Shown one piece after another: positions 56,507-64,000 of a stretch of DNA of 64,000 nucleotides. The position numbers were made by a program, and so were the translations under genes. A model generated the notes under the pieces. That model did not search any database and had not been told where the DNA came from. It saw only the letters and a list, made by a program, of their open reading frames with translations. The stretch comes from an uncultured Fibrobacteraceae bacterium. GTDB lineage: Bacteria > Krumholzibacteriota > Krumholzibacteriia > LZORAL124-64-63. Within the stretch, counting starts at the first letter, position 1. Every line of letters begins with the position of its first letter. Where the stretch lies: positions 2,506 to 66,505 of the forward strand of contig CAYQTJ010000004.1 of the NCBI GenBank assembly GCA_964420395.1, written 5' to 3'.

Positions 56507-57202
56507 ATGCGCCGTCGCCTCCCGCGGATCGTGGTCGGGATCGTCGGCAGCCTGCTGATCCTGAAGGCGTTCGTGCCGCGGCCGGGCGCGGCCGGTCCCA
56601 CCGAGTGGCAGGCGTTCTTCGCCTACGTCGACGAGAACTTCTCCGTCTGGTTCAACATCCTTGCCGTGTTCGCCTTCGGCCTGGGGGCCGCGAGCCTCCT
56701 GAGGGTCCACGGCGGGCGGGTGCTGCGGCGGCAGCGCGACTGGCCCTATTCCCTGGCGGGGCTGACCGCCTTCGGGGTGGTGCTGATCGCCGGGCTGGCG
56801 CGCGTCGGCGGGGATCCCTCGGACGCCGGCTCGACCGTGCACTGGATCTTCCGGGCCGTGATCAGCCCGTTGCAGGCGAGCATCTTCGCCCTGCTCGCCT
56901 TCTACATCGCCTCCGCCTCCTACCGCGCGTTCCGCGTCCGGTCGCGCGAGGCGGCGGCCCTGCTGGTGGCGGCGCTCATCATCCTGGCGGGGCGCACGCC
57001 GTTCGGCCACTCGCTGACCGACTGGCTGCCGGCGTCGCTGTCGTTCCTGCGCCTGGAGAACGTGGCGCTGTGGGTGGTGCAGGTCCCCAACACGGCCGGC
57101 CAGCGGGCGATCACCATCGGCATCGCGCTCGGGACCGTGGCGATGTCGCTGCGACTGCTGCTGGGGATCGAGCGCGGCCTGCTCGGGCGGGGGGACTCGT
57201 GA
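56507..57202 (+). CDS. Hypothetical polytopic membrane protein.
   Basis: At least five hydrophobic helices. The ATG is 1 nt after the upstream stop. Confidence 0.4.
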   Translation: MRRRLPRIVVGIVGSLLILKAFVPRPGAAGPTEWQAFFAYVDENFSVWFNILAVFAFGLGAASLLRVHGGRVLRRQRDWPYSLAGLTAFGVVLIAGLARVGGDPSDAGSTVHWIFRAVISPLQASIFALLAFYIASASYRAFRVRSREAAALLVAALIILAGRTPFGHSLTDWLPASLSFLRLENVALWVVQVPNTAGQRAITIGIALGTVAMSLRLLLGIERGLLGRGDS

Positions 57203-58083
57203 GCGGGGGGGGCGAACGGCCGGTGCGGGGATCGGCGCTCTCGTCGCTCGACCGGCGCTGGGTCCATGCGGCGCTGGCCGGGGCGATCCTGCTCTCGATC
57301 GTGGCGCGGATCCGCTTTCCCGACACCCCGTCGCCGCTCGTGCAGGGGCTGTACGACCGGGTGGAGAGCCTGCCGGCGGGAGCGCCGATCGTGCTCTCGC
57401 TCGACTATTCACCGAATTCCCGTCCGGAGCTGGAGCCGATGGCGCGCGCGCTGGCGCGCCACGCGCTGCTGCGCGGCCACCGCCTGATCCTGCTCTCGGT
57501 CTGGGACACCGGCAACGCGATGATCGAGGAGCTGCGGACCGACGTGCTGGCCGTCGAGTTCCCCGACCGGCGGGAGGGGGCCGACTGGGTGGCGCTGGGC
57601 TACAAGGCCGGGAACGAGATCCTGATCAACGCCATCCGGGACAACTTCGGCTCCATGTACCGCACCGACCTGCGCGACAGCCTGCTCGCGTCGCTGCCGG
57701 CCCTCGCGGGGGTGCGCGGCCTCTCGGACTGCGGGCTGATCGTGTCGCTGTCCGGCGGGTCGCCCGGCCTGAAGGAGTGGATCCTGTTCGCCGGCGACGT
57801 GACCGGCGTGCCGGTGGCCGGGGGCTGCACCGGGGTCGGGACGCCGGAGTTCCTGCCCTATTTCCCGCGGCAGTTGATCGGTCTGCTGGGCGGACTGAAG
57901 GGGGCCGCGGAGTACGAGGCGGCCCTCGAGCGCGGGCATCCCGACTTCCCCCAGCGCACCATGGCCGCCACGGACGGCATGGGACCGCAGTCGGTCGCGC
58001 ACACGGTCATCATCGTCTTCATCCTCCTGGGCAACGCCGGCTACCTGATCGAGCGGCGGCGCCGGCGGCGGGGGTCGCCGTGA
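57199..58083 (+). CDS. Hypothetical protein with N- and C-terminal TM segments and a large middle domain.
   Basis: GTG start overlaps the upstream stop. No known family. Confidence 0.4.
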   Translation: MSGGGERPVRGSALSSLDRRWVHAALAGAILLSIVARIRFPDTPSPLVQGLYDRVESLPAGAPIVLSLDYSPNSRPELEPMARALARHALLRGHRLILLSVWDTGNAMIEELRTDVLAVEFPDRREGADWVALGYKAGNEILINAIRDNFGSMYRTDLRDSLLASLPALAGVRGLSDCGLIVSLSGGSPGLKEWILFAGDVTGVPVAGGCTGVGTPEFLPYFPRQLIGLLGGLKGAAEYEAALERGHPDFPQRTMAATDGMGPQSVAHTVIIVFILLGNAGYLIERRRRRRGSP

Positions 58084-58772
58084 GCGGCGGGCTGCACCCG
58101 AGCGGGAGCCTGGAGGTGTGGGTCGGCGCCTGCCTGACGCTGATGGTCTTCAGCTTCCTGTGGCGGGACAATCCCTTCTACAAGTTCGCCGAGCACGTGC
58201 TCGTCGGCGCGTCCGCCGCCTACGTGATGGTGATCAACTTCTGGAGCACCCTCTGGCCGAACGCGATCGTCAAGCTCTGGCCGGCCGCGGAGCGGGTGGT
58301 CAATCCGGAGGCGGTACCGGGGTCGCCCGAGCCGGTGGTGCTGGTGCCGGTCGCGCTGGGCCTGCTGATGCTCTGCCGCCTGCACCCGCGGACCGCCGCC
58401 TGGAGCCGCTGGCCGACCGCCTTCGCGATCGGCGTCAGCGCCGGCACCAACCTGCTGCGCTACCTGCAATCGGATTTCCTCCTGCAACTGCGCGCGGCGG
58501 CGGCGCCGAGCCTGGTGGTCCTGCACGGGGGCCGGCTGCAGCTGGGGGAGAGCCTGTCCAACATCGTGCTGCTGGTCGGTACGCTGTGCGGCCTCGCCTA
58601 CTTCACGTACACCCGCGAGCACCGCGGCCCGCTGGGCCGGATGGCCCGCTTCGGCATCGGTTTCATGATGGTGACTTTCGGAACCTCCTTCGGCTACACC
58701 GTGATGGCGCGTATATCCTTGCTGGTAAGCAGGTTGCACTTTCTCGTCGGGAACTGGCTCGGCCTGATCTGA
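58080..58772 (+). CDS. Hypothetical polytopic membrane protein. Last gene of the operon.
   Basis: About six hydrophobic helices. GTG start overlaps the upstream stop. Confidence 0.4.
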   Translation: MSGGLHPSGSLEVWVGACLTLMVFSFLWRDNPFYKFAEHVLVGASAAYVMVINFWSTLWPNAIVKLWPAAERVVNPEAVPGSPEPVVLVPVALGLLMLCRLHPRTAAWSRWPTAFAIGVSAGTNLLRYLQSDFLLQLRAAAAPSLVVLHGGRLQLGESLSNIVLLVGTLCGLAYFTYTREHRGPLGRMARFGIGFMMVTFGTSFGYTVMARISLLVSRLHFLVGNWLGLI

Positions 58773-58891
58773 ACCCCGCCGCCGGCCGGGCGCCGGCCGG
58801 CGCTACAGGTCGCGCGCCGGGCGGCCGAAGATAAAGTTGACGGCCCAGGGTCCGTATCCATAGACTGGCGCCCCGCGTCAGAGAGGGCTTC

Positions 58892-59815
58892 ATGCTGGAT
58901 TCCGGCACGAATATCGAGCGGCAGATTCAATTCTATCAGCGCAAGTACGAGCTGAATCCGCACTCGCGCGCCTTCGCGCCGCTGGCCGACCTCTACCGCA
59001 AGGCAGGACGGCTCGAGGAGGCGCTGGAGGTGCTGGAGGCGGGACTCGCCGAGCATCCCCAGTACGTTTCCGCGCTGGTGATCATGGCCCGTTGCCACGT
59101 CGACGCGGGACGCGCGGCCGAGTCCGGCGAGGCGTTCACGCGCGTGCTGGCGCTCGACCCGGACAATCTCGTCGCGCTCAAGAGCCTCGCCGAGATGGCC
59201 CTGGCCGGCGGTGACGACGCCCGCGGCGCCTCGTTGCTCGAGCGCGTCGTCTTCCTCGACCCCACGGACGAACCCGCGGCGGAGCGTCTCGAAACGTTGC
59301 GCGGCGGGGCGGTCGCCTCGCCGGCCGGCCCCGAGGAGACCGGGCAGGCCGCCGAGCCTCCCGAGGCGCCGGAGCACGCCGCCGTGGCGCTCCCCCCGCC
59401 CGCCGCCGAGGCGGAGCATGCGCCGCAGACCGCCGTCGCGACAGCGCCGGAGGCGGTGGCGGAAGCCGCCGCGGCCGCGCCGACGCCGGACGGCGAAGGG
59501 GTGTCGGACCGGGAGGCCGTCTCTCCCGTGCAGGAGCGCCAGTCGTTCGCCACGCGGACCCTGGCGGAGATCTACCTGGCCCAGGGCTATCGGGAGAAGG
59601 CCCTGACGGTCCTGCGCGAGATCCTGGCGCGCCATCCGGACCGCGAGGACGTCGCGGCGAAGGTCGCGGAAATCGAGAGCCAGCCGCCCGCCGCCGTTCC
59701 CGCCGGCCCCTCCGCGCCGCCGTCGGCCGCTTCGCCGCCCCCACCGGCGACCGAGAACCGGCTGCACTTCGAGGCGTGGCTCGGCCGCGTGGCCAAGCCG
59801 GAAGAGGGCCCTTGA
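58892..59815 (+). CDS. TPR-repeat protein with a Pro/Ala-rich linker.
   Basis: TPR-like helices at both ends (YRKAGRLEEALEVLEAGL..., YLAQGYREKALTVLREIL). Confidence 0.55.
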   Translation: MLDSGTNIERQIQFYQRKYELNPHSRAFAPLADLYRKAGRLEEALEVLEAGLAEHPQYVSALVIMARCHVDAGRAAESGEAFTRVLALDPDNLVALKSLAEMALAGGDDARGASLLERVVFLDPTDEPAAERLETLRGGAVASPAGPEETGQAAEPPEAPEHAAVALPPPAAEAEHAPQTAVATAPEAVAEAAAAAPTPDGEGVSDREAVSPVQERQSFATRTLAEIYLAQGYREKALTVLREILARHPDREDVAAKVAEIESQPPAAVPAGPSAPPSAASPPPPATENRLHFEAWLGRVAKPEEGP

Positions 59816-60264
59816 GCGATCCGATCCCGGTTTCCATCCTGAACGGCCCCAACCTGGACCAGCTCGGACGGCGCGAACCGGCCCTCTACGGCCCGACCAG
59901 CTGGCCCGAACTGGTGTCGCTGTGCGGGCAGTGGGCCACGGCCGCCGGGCTGCGCGCCGACGTGGAGCAGGCCGACGGGGAAGGGGAGCTGATCGCCCGG
60001 CTGCACGCGGCCGGTCGGTCCGCCGCCGGCATCGTCCTGAACGCCGCCGCCTACAGCCACACCTCGGTCGCCCTGCGCGACTGCCTGCTCTGCCTCCAGG
60101 TGCCGGTCGTCGAGGTCCACCTGACGAACCCCCTGCGACGAGAGCCGTTCCGTCGCACCAGCCTCATCGCCGACGTCGTGGCCGCGACCGTCCAGGGTTT
60201 CGGCGTGGACGGCTACCGCCTCGCCATCGAGGGGCTGGCAGGGCTCCTGCGCCAGCGTCGCTGA
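59812..60264 (+). CDS. aroQ: 3-dehydroquinate dehydratase, type II.
   Basis: SILNGPNLDQLGRREPALYG N-terminal signature. HLTN region. TTG start overlaps the TPR gene stop. Confidence 0.8.
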   Translation: MSDPIPVSILNGPNLDQLGRREPALYGPTSWPELVSLCGQWATAAGLRADVEQADGEGELIARLHAAGRSAAGIVLNAAAYSHTSVALRDCLLCLQVPVVEVHLTNPLRREPFRRTSLIADVVAATVQGFGVDGYRLAIEGLAGLLRQRR

Positions 60265-60367
60265 CCGGCGCGCCGCCCATCCTGGCGTTGCCAACCCCGC
60301 CGCGGAATGCTATCAATAGGGGCGCTCGCGGCGGTTGAAGACGATTCTTCAGGAAGAAAGCGAGGCG

Positions 60368-60928
60368 GTGTTGGCCTCCACCAGTGATTTCCGCAATGGC
60401 ATGGTGATCCGCTTCCGCGAGGGGCTCTGGTCCATCGTGGAATTCCAGCATGTCAAGCCGGGCAAGGGTGGCGCCTTCGTGCGCACCAAGCTCAAGAACG
60501 TCGAGACCGGCCGGGTGGTCGAGGAGACCTTCCGCGCCGGGGAGAAGGTCGAGGAGGTCCGCATCGAACGGCAGGACTACCAGTACCTGTACCGCGAGGC
60601 CGATTTCCTGACGTTCATGAACCTGGCCACCTACGAGCAGATGCACCTGCCGATGGAGAACATCGAGGATGTCGTCCCCTACCTGAAGGAGGGGGAGAAG
60701 GTCATCCTCGTCCTGCACGAGGAGCGTCCTCTCGCCGTGGAGCCGCCGTACACGGTCGAATTGAAGGTCGTCACCACCGATCCCGGCGTGCGCGGCGACA
60801 CCGCGCAGGGCGGGTCGAAGCCGGCGACCATGGAGACGGGCCTGGTCGTGCAGGTCCCGCTCTTCATCGAACAGGGGGAGGTGCTGAAGGTCGACACGCG
60901 CACCGGAAAGTACCTGGGCCGCGTCTGA
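60368..60928 (+). CDS. efp: Translation elongation factor P. The modification-loop Lys is conserved (KPGKGGAF).
   Basis: STSDFRNGMVI...VKPGKGGAFVRTKLKN... Three OB-fold domains. Start inferred at GTG 60368. Confidence 0.85.
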   Translation: MLASTSDFRNGMVIRFREGLWSIVEFQHVKPGKGGAFVRTKLKNVETGRVVEETFRAGEKVEEVRIERQDYQYLYREADFLTFMNLATYEQMHLPMENIEDVVPYLKEGEKVILVLHEERPLAVEPPYTVELKVVTTDPGVRGDTAQGGSKPATMETGLVVQVPLFIEQGEVLKVDTRTGKYLGRV

Positions 60929-60956
60929 GTCCGGCCCGACCCGCGGAAAGGAAGCC

Positions 60957-61436
60957 ATGCAGATCGACGACGTCCGCCAACTCGTCAAGCTGGTCGAGGA
61001 GAGCGGGATCGAGGAGCTCGAGATCTCCAGCGAAGGCACCACGATCCGCATCCAGAAGAGGCGGAGCGGGGAGGCGGCCGTGATAGCTCCGCCGCCGCAG
61101 TACTACTATCCGGCGCCCGGCGCTCCCGGCTCGCCGGGCGCTCCGCCGGCCCCGGCCCCGGCCGCGCTGTCGGGCGTGGCCGAGGAGCGCGCGCGCTGGA
61201 AGGAATTCCGCTCCCCGATTGTGGGCACCTTCTACCGGGCCGCCGCCCCCGGCGCGGAGCCGTTCGTCTCCGTTGGCGATCGCATTTCGGTCGGCCAGAC
61301 CGTCTGCATCATCGAGGCGATGAAGGTGATGAACGAGATCGAGGCCGAGACCGCCGGCATCATCCGGGAGATCCTCGTGGAGAACGCGAGCCCCGTGGAG
61401 GCCGAAGCCATCCTGTTCCTCATCGAGCCCCAATAG
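60957..61436 (+). CDS. accB: Biotin carboxyl carrier protein of acetyl-CoA carboxylase.
   Basis: Biotinyl domain with the EAMKVMNEIEA motif. Pro/Ala-rich linker. Confidence 0.8.
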   Translation: MQIDDVRQLVKLVEESGIEELEISSEGTTIRIQKRRSGEAAVIAPPPQYYYPAPGAPGSPGAPPAPAPAALSGVAEERARWKEFRSPIVGTFYRAAAPGAEPFVSVGDRISVGQTVCIIEAMKVMNEIEAETAGIIREILVENASPVEAEAILFLIEPQ

Positions 61437-61437
61437 T

Positions 61438-61463
61438 CGCCACGCGGTCGCGTGGCGCCACGC
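61438..61463 (+). terminator. GC-rich overlapping palindromes after accB (cgccacgc-ggtc-gcgtggcg, extended by gcgtggcgccacgc). Terminator-like.
   Basis: Inverted repeats read directly from the sequence. No U-tract. Confidence 0.25.
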
Positions 61464-61633
61464 GCATCGCCCCGCCCGCCCGTCGCCCCGGCCCCCCGCC
61501 GGGGCGACCTTCGTCCCGCCCCGCCGTTGCGCTCAAGCCTGACGAGCTTCGTGCCGATGATGGTGGAGCCGGATTCCAGTCCGTCGCGGGATTCCGCGCG
61601 GCGTCATCGACCGTCAGCACCGGGGGAGTCCCG

Positions 61634-62776
61634 ATGGAGATCAAGCCGATCCTGCAAGCGATGATCGAACACAAGGCCAGCGACCTGCACCTGAAGGTCG
61701 GCGTGAAGCCGATCCTGCGCGTCAACGGCCGGCTGCTCGCCGTGGACTTCGCCGCCCCCGGCCCCAAGGACATGATCACGATCGCGCAGCAGATCCTCAC
61801 GCCGGCGCAGCGCGAGATCTTCGAGTCGACGCGCGAGATCGACTTCGCGTTCGGCGTGCCCGGCCTGGCCCGCTTCCGCGCCAACTTCTACGTGCAGCGC
61901 GGCACCATCGCGATGGTGTTCCGGCACGTGCCGGTGGAGATCCAGGACTTCGACAGCCTGCGTCTGCCCGCCGCCGTGAAGGAACTCTCAACCCGCCGCC
62001 GCGGACTGATCCTCGTCACCGGCACGGTGGGGAGCGGCAAGTCCACGACCCTGGCCGCGATGGTCGACATCATCAACAGCACCCAGCCGTCGAACATCAT
62101 CACCATCGAGGATCCCATCGAGTTCCTGCATCGCGACAAGATGAGCATCATCAACCAGCGCGAAGTCGGCACCGACACGGGCTCCTTCGCCGAGGCGCTG
62201 CGCCACATCCTGCGGCAGGACCCCGATTGCATCCTCATCGGAGAAATCCGCGACGCCGATTCCATGAAGGTGGCCCTGACCGCCGCCGACACCGGCCACC
62301 TGGTGCTCAGCACCCTGCACACGATCGACACCACCCAGACGATCAGCCGCATCATCTCGTTCTTCCCGCCGCACCAGCACCAGGAGATCCGCTACCTGCT
62401 GGCCTCGACGCTGCAGGCAATCATTTCGCAGCGCCTGATCCCCGACATCAGCGGCACCCGGCGGTACCCGGCGGTGGAGGTCATGATCAACACCAGCACG
62501 ATCCGCGAGTACATCGTGGACGCCGAGAAGACGGTGCTGATCCGCCAGGCGATTCAGGACGGCTTCGTCCAGTACCAGATGCAGACTTTCGACCAGGCGC
62601 TGATGGCGCTCTACCGCGAGAAGACGATCTCCCTCGAGGAGGCGCTCAAGGCCAGCTCCAACCCGCACGAATTTGCGCTGCGCGTGAAGGGGATCCAGGC
62701 GAGTTCGGATGTGAGTTGGGATCGCTTCGAGGCCCCGGCGCCGGCCGAGCCCGAACCCCAATTCTCACGCATCTAG
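61634..62776 (+). CDS. pilT: Type IV pilus retraction ATPase PilT.
   Basis: Walker A GTVGSGKSTT. Asp box. Walker B ILIGEIRD. His box LVLSTLHT. The AIRNLIRE-like region here reads TIREYIVD. Confidence 0.85.
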   Translation: MEIKPILQAMIEHKASDLHLKVGVKPILRVNGRLLAVDFAAPGPKDMITIAQQILTPAQREIFESTREIDFAFGVPGLARFRANFYVQRGTIAMVFRHVPVEIQDFDSLRLPAAVKELSTRRRGLILVTGTVGSGKSTTLAAMVDIINSTQPSNIITIEDPIEFLHRDKMSIINQREVGTDTGSFAEALRHILRQDPDCILIGEIRDADSMKVALTAADTGHLVLSTLHTIDTTQTISRIISFFPPHQHQEIRYLLASTLQAIISQRLIPDISGTRRYPAVEVMINTSTIREYIVDAEKTVLIRQAIQDGFVQYQMQTFDQALMALYREKTISLEEALKASSNPHEFALRVKGIQASSDVSWDRFEAPAPAEPEPQFSRI

Positions 62777-62843
62777 CCCCTTGTGCCGTCGAGATTGTTG
62801 CTCTGTCGCATACGTGGTGGCCGTCGTCACTCTGCGGGCCGGC

Positions 62844-63962
62844 CTAGAAGGCGTACTTGAGTGCGTGTCGTCGATTGCGCGGCAGCGCCGGCGTGATCAC
62901 GCGGCGCTCGTAGTACTGCGCCCACCGCTCCGGCAGCTCGATCCGGTTCCGGAATAGCCGTTTGCTCAACACATCCTCCACCCGAAGCGGACGGTCGAGC
63001 ACCCCCTTGAGCATCGCCGGCGTCTGCCGGCACCGCTTCTCCCAGCGGTTCTTGATGTAGTTGCGCCAGACCAGCAGGATCGCCAGCCGCTCCGCGGCCG
63101 CCTGCCGCCGTTTCGACGCGGCGATCGTCTCCCGCTTGTGGTTGGCCTGGCTGTGGCGGATCAGCAGGTCGAGCAGGTTGGCCTCGAACAGCGGGTTGTC
63201 GGCGTCGCGCCGGTCCGTGGAGGGGGTGACGAGATGGCGGATCCGGCAGGCGAGCCCGCGAAACGCCCGCGGGTAGGCGCGGTGATCGTCGCTGCGCACG
63301 GTGGCCTCCGTTTCGTGCTCCAGGATCGTCCGGAGCAGGTGATGGACATCCTTCTCGACGGCCCGCGGATCGGGCCGGCCAAGGCATTGTTCGAGCTGCT
63401 CGCGGCGCCGCTTCTGCGCGTCGGTCATGCGGCCCTTGCGGCGCAGCGGACTGTCGGTGAAGTGCCAGAAGAAGCTGTTGTCGGCCTCGGCGAGCACGTG
63501 GAAGTGGAACGGGAAGAACTGGCTGAACTCGAAGGACTCAAGGCCGTCCATGACGAGGTCGCCCTGGGGGCGGACGCCGGCGGTGAGCCGGGTGTGCAGC
63601 AGCAGGCAGTGACGTCCGAGGCGGGCGAGGAGTCGGTCGATGGTGGAGGGGGCGGCGCGGACGTCGCGGGCGATCTGTCGGTTGGCCATGCCACCGACGG
63701 CCTTCATGAAGATGAGTTGGGGGAGGTCGGGACGTTTGAGCCAGTAGGAGGAGGCGAAGGTCTGTGAACTGAAGGAGCGTCGGCAGGCGAGACACGTAAA
63801 GCGCTGGACACGGTGCGGGGCGATGAGTCGGCGGTAGTGGCCGGCGCGCTTGAAGCGCCAGCCTGCGGTCAAGGTGTTGTGGTAGGGGCAGTTGGGGTTG
63901 GGGCAGAAGGGCGGGCGGAACCCGTAGGCAGTGCGATCGGGGGTGTCCATGGTCCCGAACAC
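62844..63962 (-). CDS. IS1-family-like transposase, with an N-terminal zinc-finger/HTH part fused to a DDE domain.
   Basis: N-terminal Cys cluster (CPNPNCPYH...CLACRRSF). DDE-like region MDGLESFEFSQF...HFHVLAEADNSFFWHF resembles the IS1 InsB DExxSFV...A.D block. Lies at the window edge. Confidence 0.45.
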   Translation of the reverse strand: MFGTMDTPDRTAYGFRPPFCPNPNCPYHNTLTAGWRFKRAGHYRRLIAPHRVQRFTCLACRRSFSSQTFASSYWLKRPDLPQLIFMKAVGGMANRQIARDVRAAPSTIDRLLARLGRHCLLLHTRLTAGVRPQGDLVMDGLESFEFSQFFPFHFHVLAEADNSFFWHFTDSPLRRKGRMTDAQKRRREQLEQCLGRPDPRAVEKDVHHLLRTILEHETEATVRSDDHRAYPRAFRGLACRIRHLVTPSTDRRDADNPLFEANLLDLLIRHSQANHKRETIAASKRRQAAAERLAILLVWRNYIKNRWEKRCRQTPAMLKGVLDRPLRVEDVLSKRLFRNRIELPERWAQYYERRVITPALPRNRRHALKYAF

Positions 63963-64000
63963 TGCAACCGGGACGCCAGGGACAATTTCGGCGGCACAAC

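Noticed and set aside
54550-58772. I considered Na+-NQR/Rnf: NqrA or RnfC has an N-terminal barrel-sandwich-hybrid domain and is followed by several membrane subunits.
   Set aside because: No FMN-binding (TGD/SGAT) or Fe-S Cys motifs are present. The sizes and hydropathy of the membrane proteins do not match NqrB/D/E or RnfA/D/E. The ATPase partner is ASKHA-type, which Nqr/Rnf lack.
52700-58772. I considered a type IV pilus assembly module (PilM actin-like ATPase plus PilN/O/P), given pilT about 3 kb downstream.
   Set aside because: The ASKHA motifs match the GlmL/MutL type rather than FtsA/PilM. The protein is 617 aa rather than ~350. The membrane partners are polytopic, not single-pass PilN/O-like. 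No secretin or PilC is present.
1-64000. I looked for CRISPR arrays, tRNA or rRNA genes, and extended tandem repeats.
   Set aside because: I saw no spaced direct repeats and no tRNA-like cloverleaf candidates in the few intergenic gaps. Intergenic space is small throughout. A tRNAscan or Infernal run would be needed to be certain.

Overview
This 64-kb window has about 72% GC and is almost fully coding. Most genes lie on the + strand in long co-directional runs. It looks like chromosomal DNA from a diderm (LPS-making) bacterium, possibly in or near the FCB-group / Gemmatimonadota-like high-GC lineages. The main evidence is that two secreted proteins carry a T9SS-type (Por/FlgD-Ig-like) C-terminal sorting domain. 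I found no rRNA, tRNA or CRISPR. The six-frame track is crowded with long ORFs in alternate and antisense frames, which are artefacts of the GC bias.

Recognisable content, in order:
- Glutaryl-CoA dehydrogenase, a membrane sulfatase, Nfu, SuhB-like, CutA, a DUF62 SAM hydroxide adenosyltransferase, PhoH2, GlnA and a divergent PAP2.
- A ParA/MinD-type ATPase with a fused C-terminal CBM48 (AMPK-beta glycogen-binding-like) domain, followed by two unknown ORFs.
- An O-antigen/LPS-type cluster: WaaL-like ligase, GT4, WecA/MraY-type transferase, methyltransferase and a deacetylase-like protein.
- Two tandem 1.6-kaa paralogs. Each has a signal peptide, a C25 gingipain-like peptidase with the His/Cys dyad intact, CARDB/Ig and FN3 domains, an FG-GAP beta-propeller and a T9SS CTD. 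Each has its own sigma70-like promoter, with a terminator between them.
- An ABC family-5 substrate-binding lipoprotein and a lipoprotein with a HEXXH motif.
- HIT, a PfkB kinase, LexA followed by a short ImuB-like Y-family polymerase homolog, DUF72, and an Hsp20-Lon pair.
- An LPS inner-core block of four GT9 heptosyltransferases plus GmhB, then DUF3108, a deoxyhypusine-synthase-like protein, an ArnT/PMT-family glycosyltransferase, a WbaP-type sugar transferase, AcpS, PhzF and an extended acyl-CoA dehydrogenase.
- A translationally coupled seven-gene operon of unknown function. It contains a GlmL/MutL-like ASKHA ATPase, a barrel-sandwich-hybrid protein and four membrane proteins.
- A TPR protein, aroQ, efp, accB, pilT and an IS1-like transposase at the window edge.

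The best candidates for something undescribed are the seven-gene ASKHA/membrane operon at 51.9-58.8 kb, the tandem giant C25-propeller-T9SS proteins, and the ParA-CBM48 fusion.
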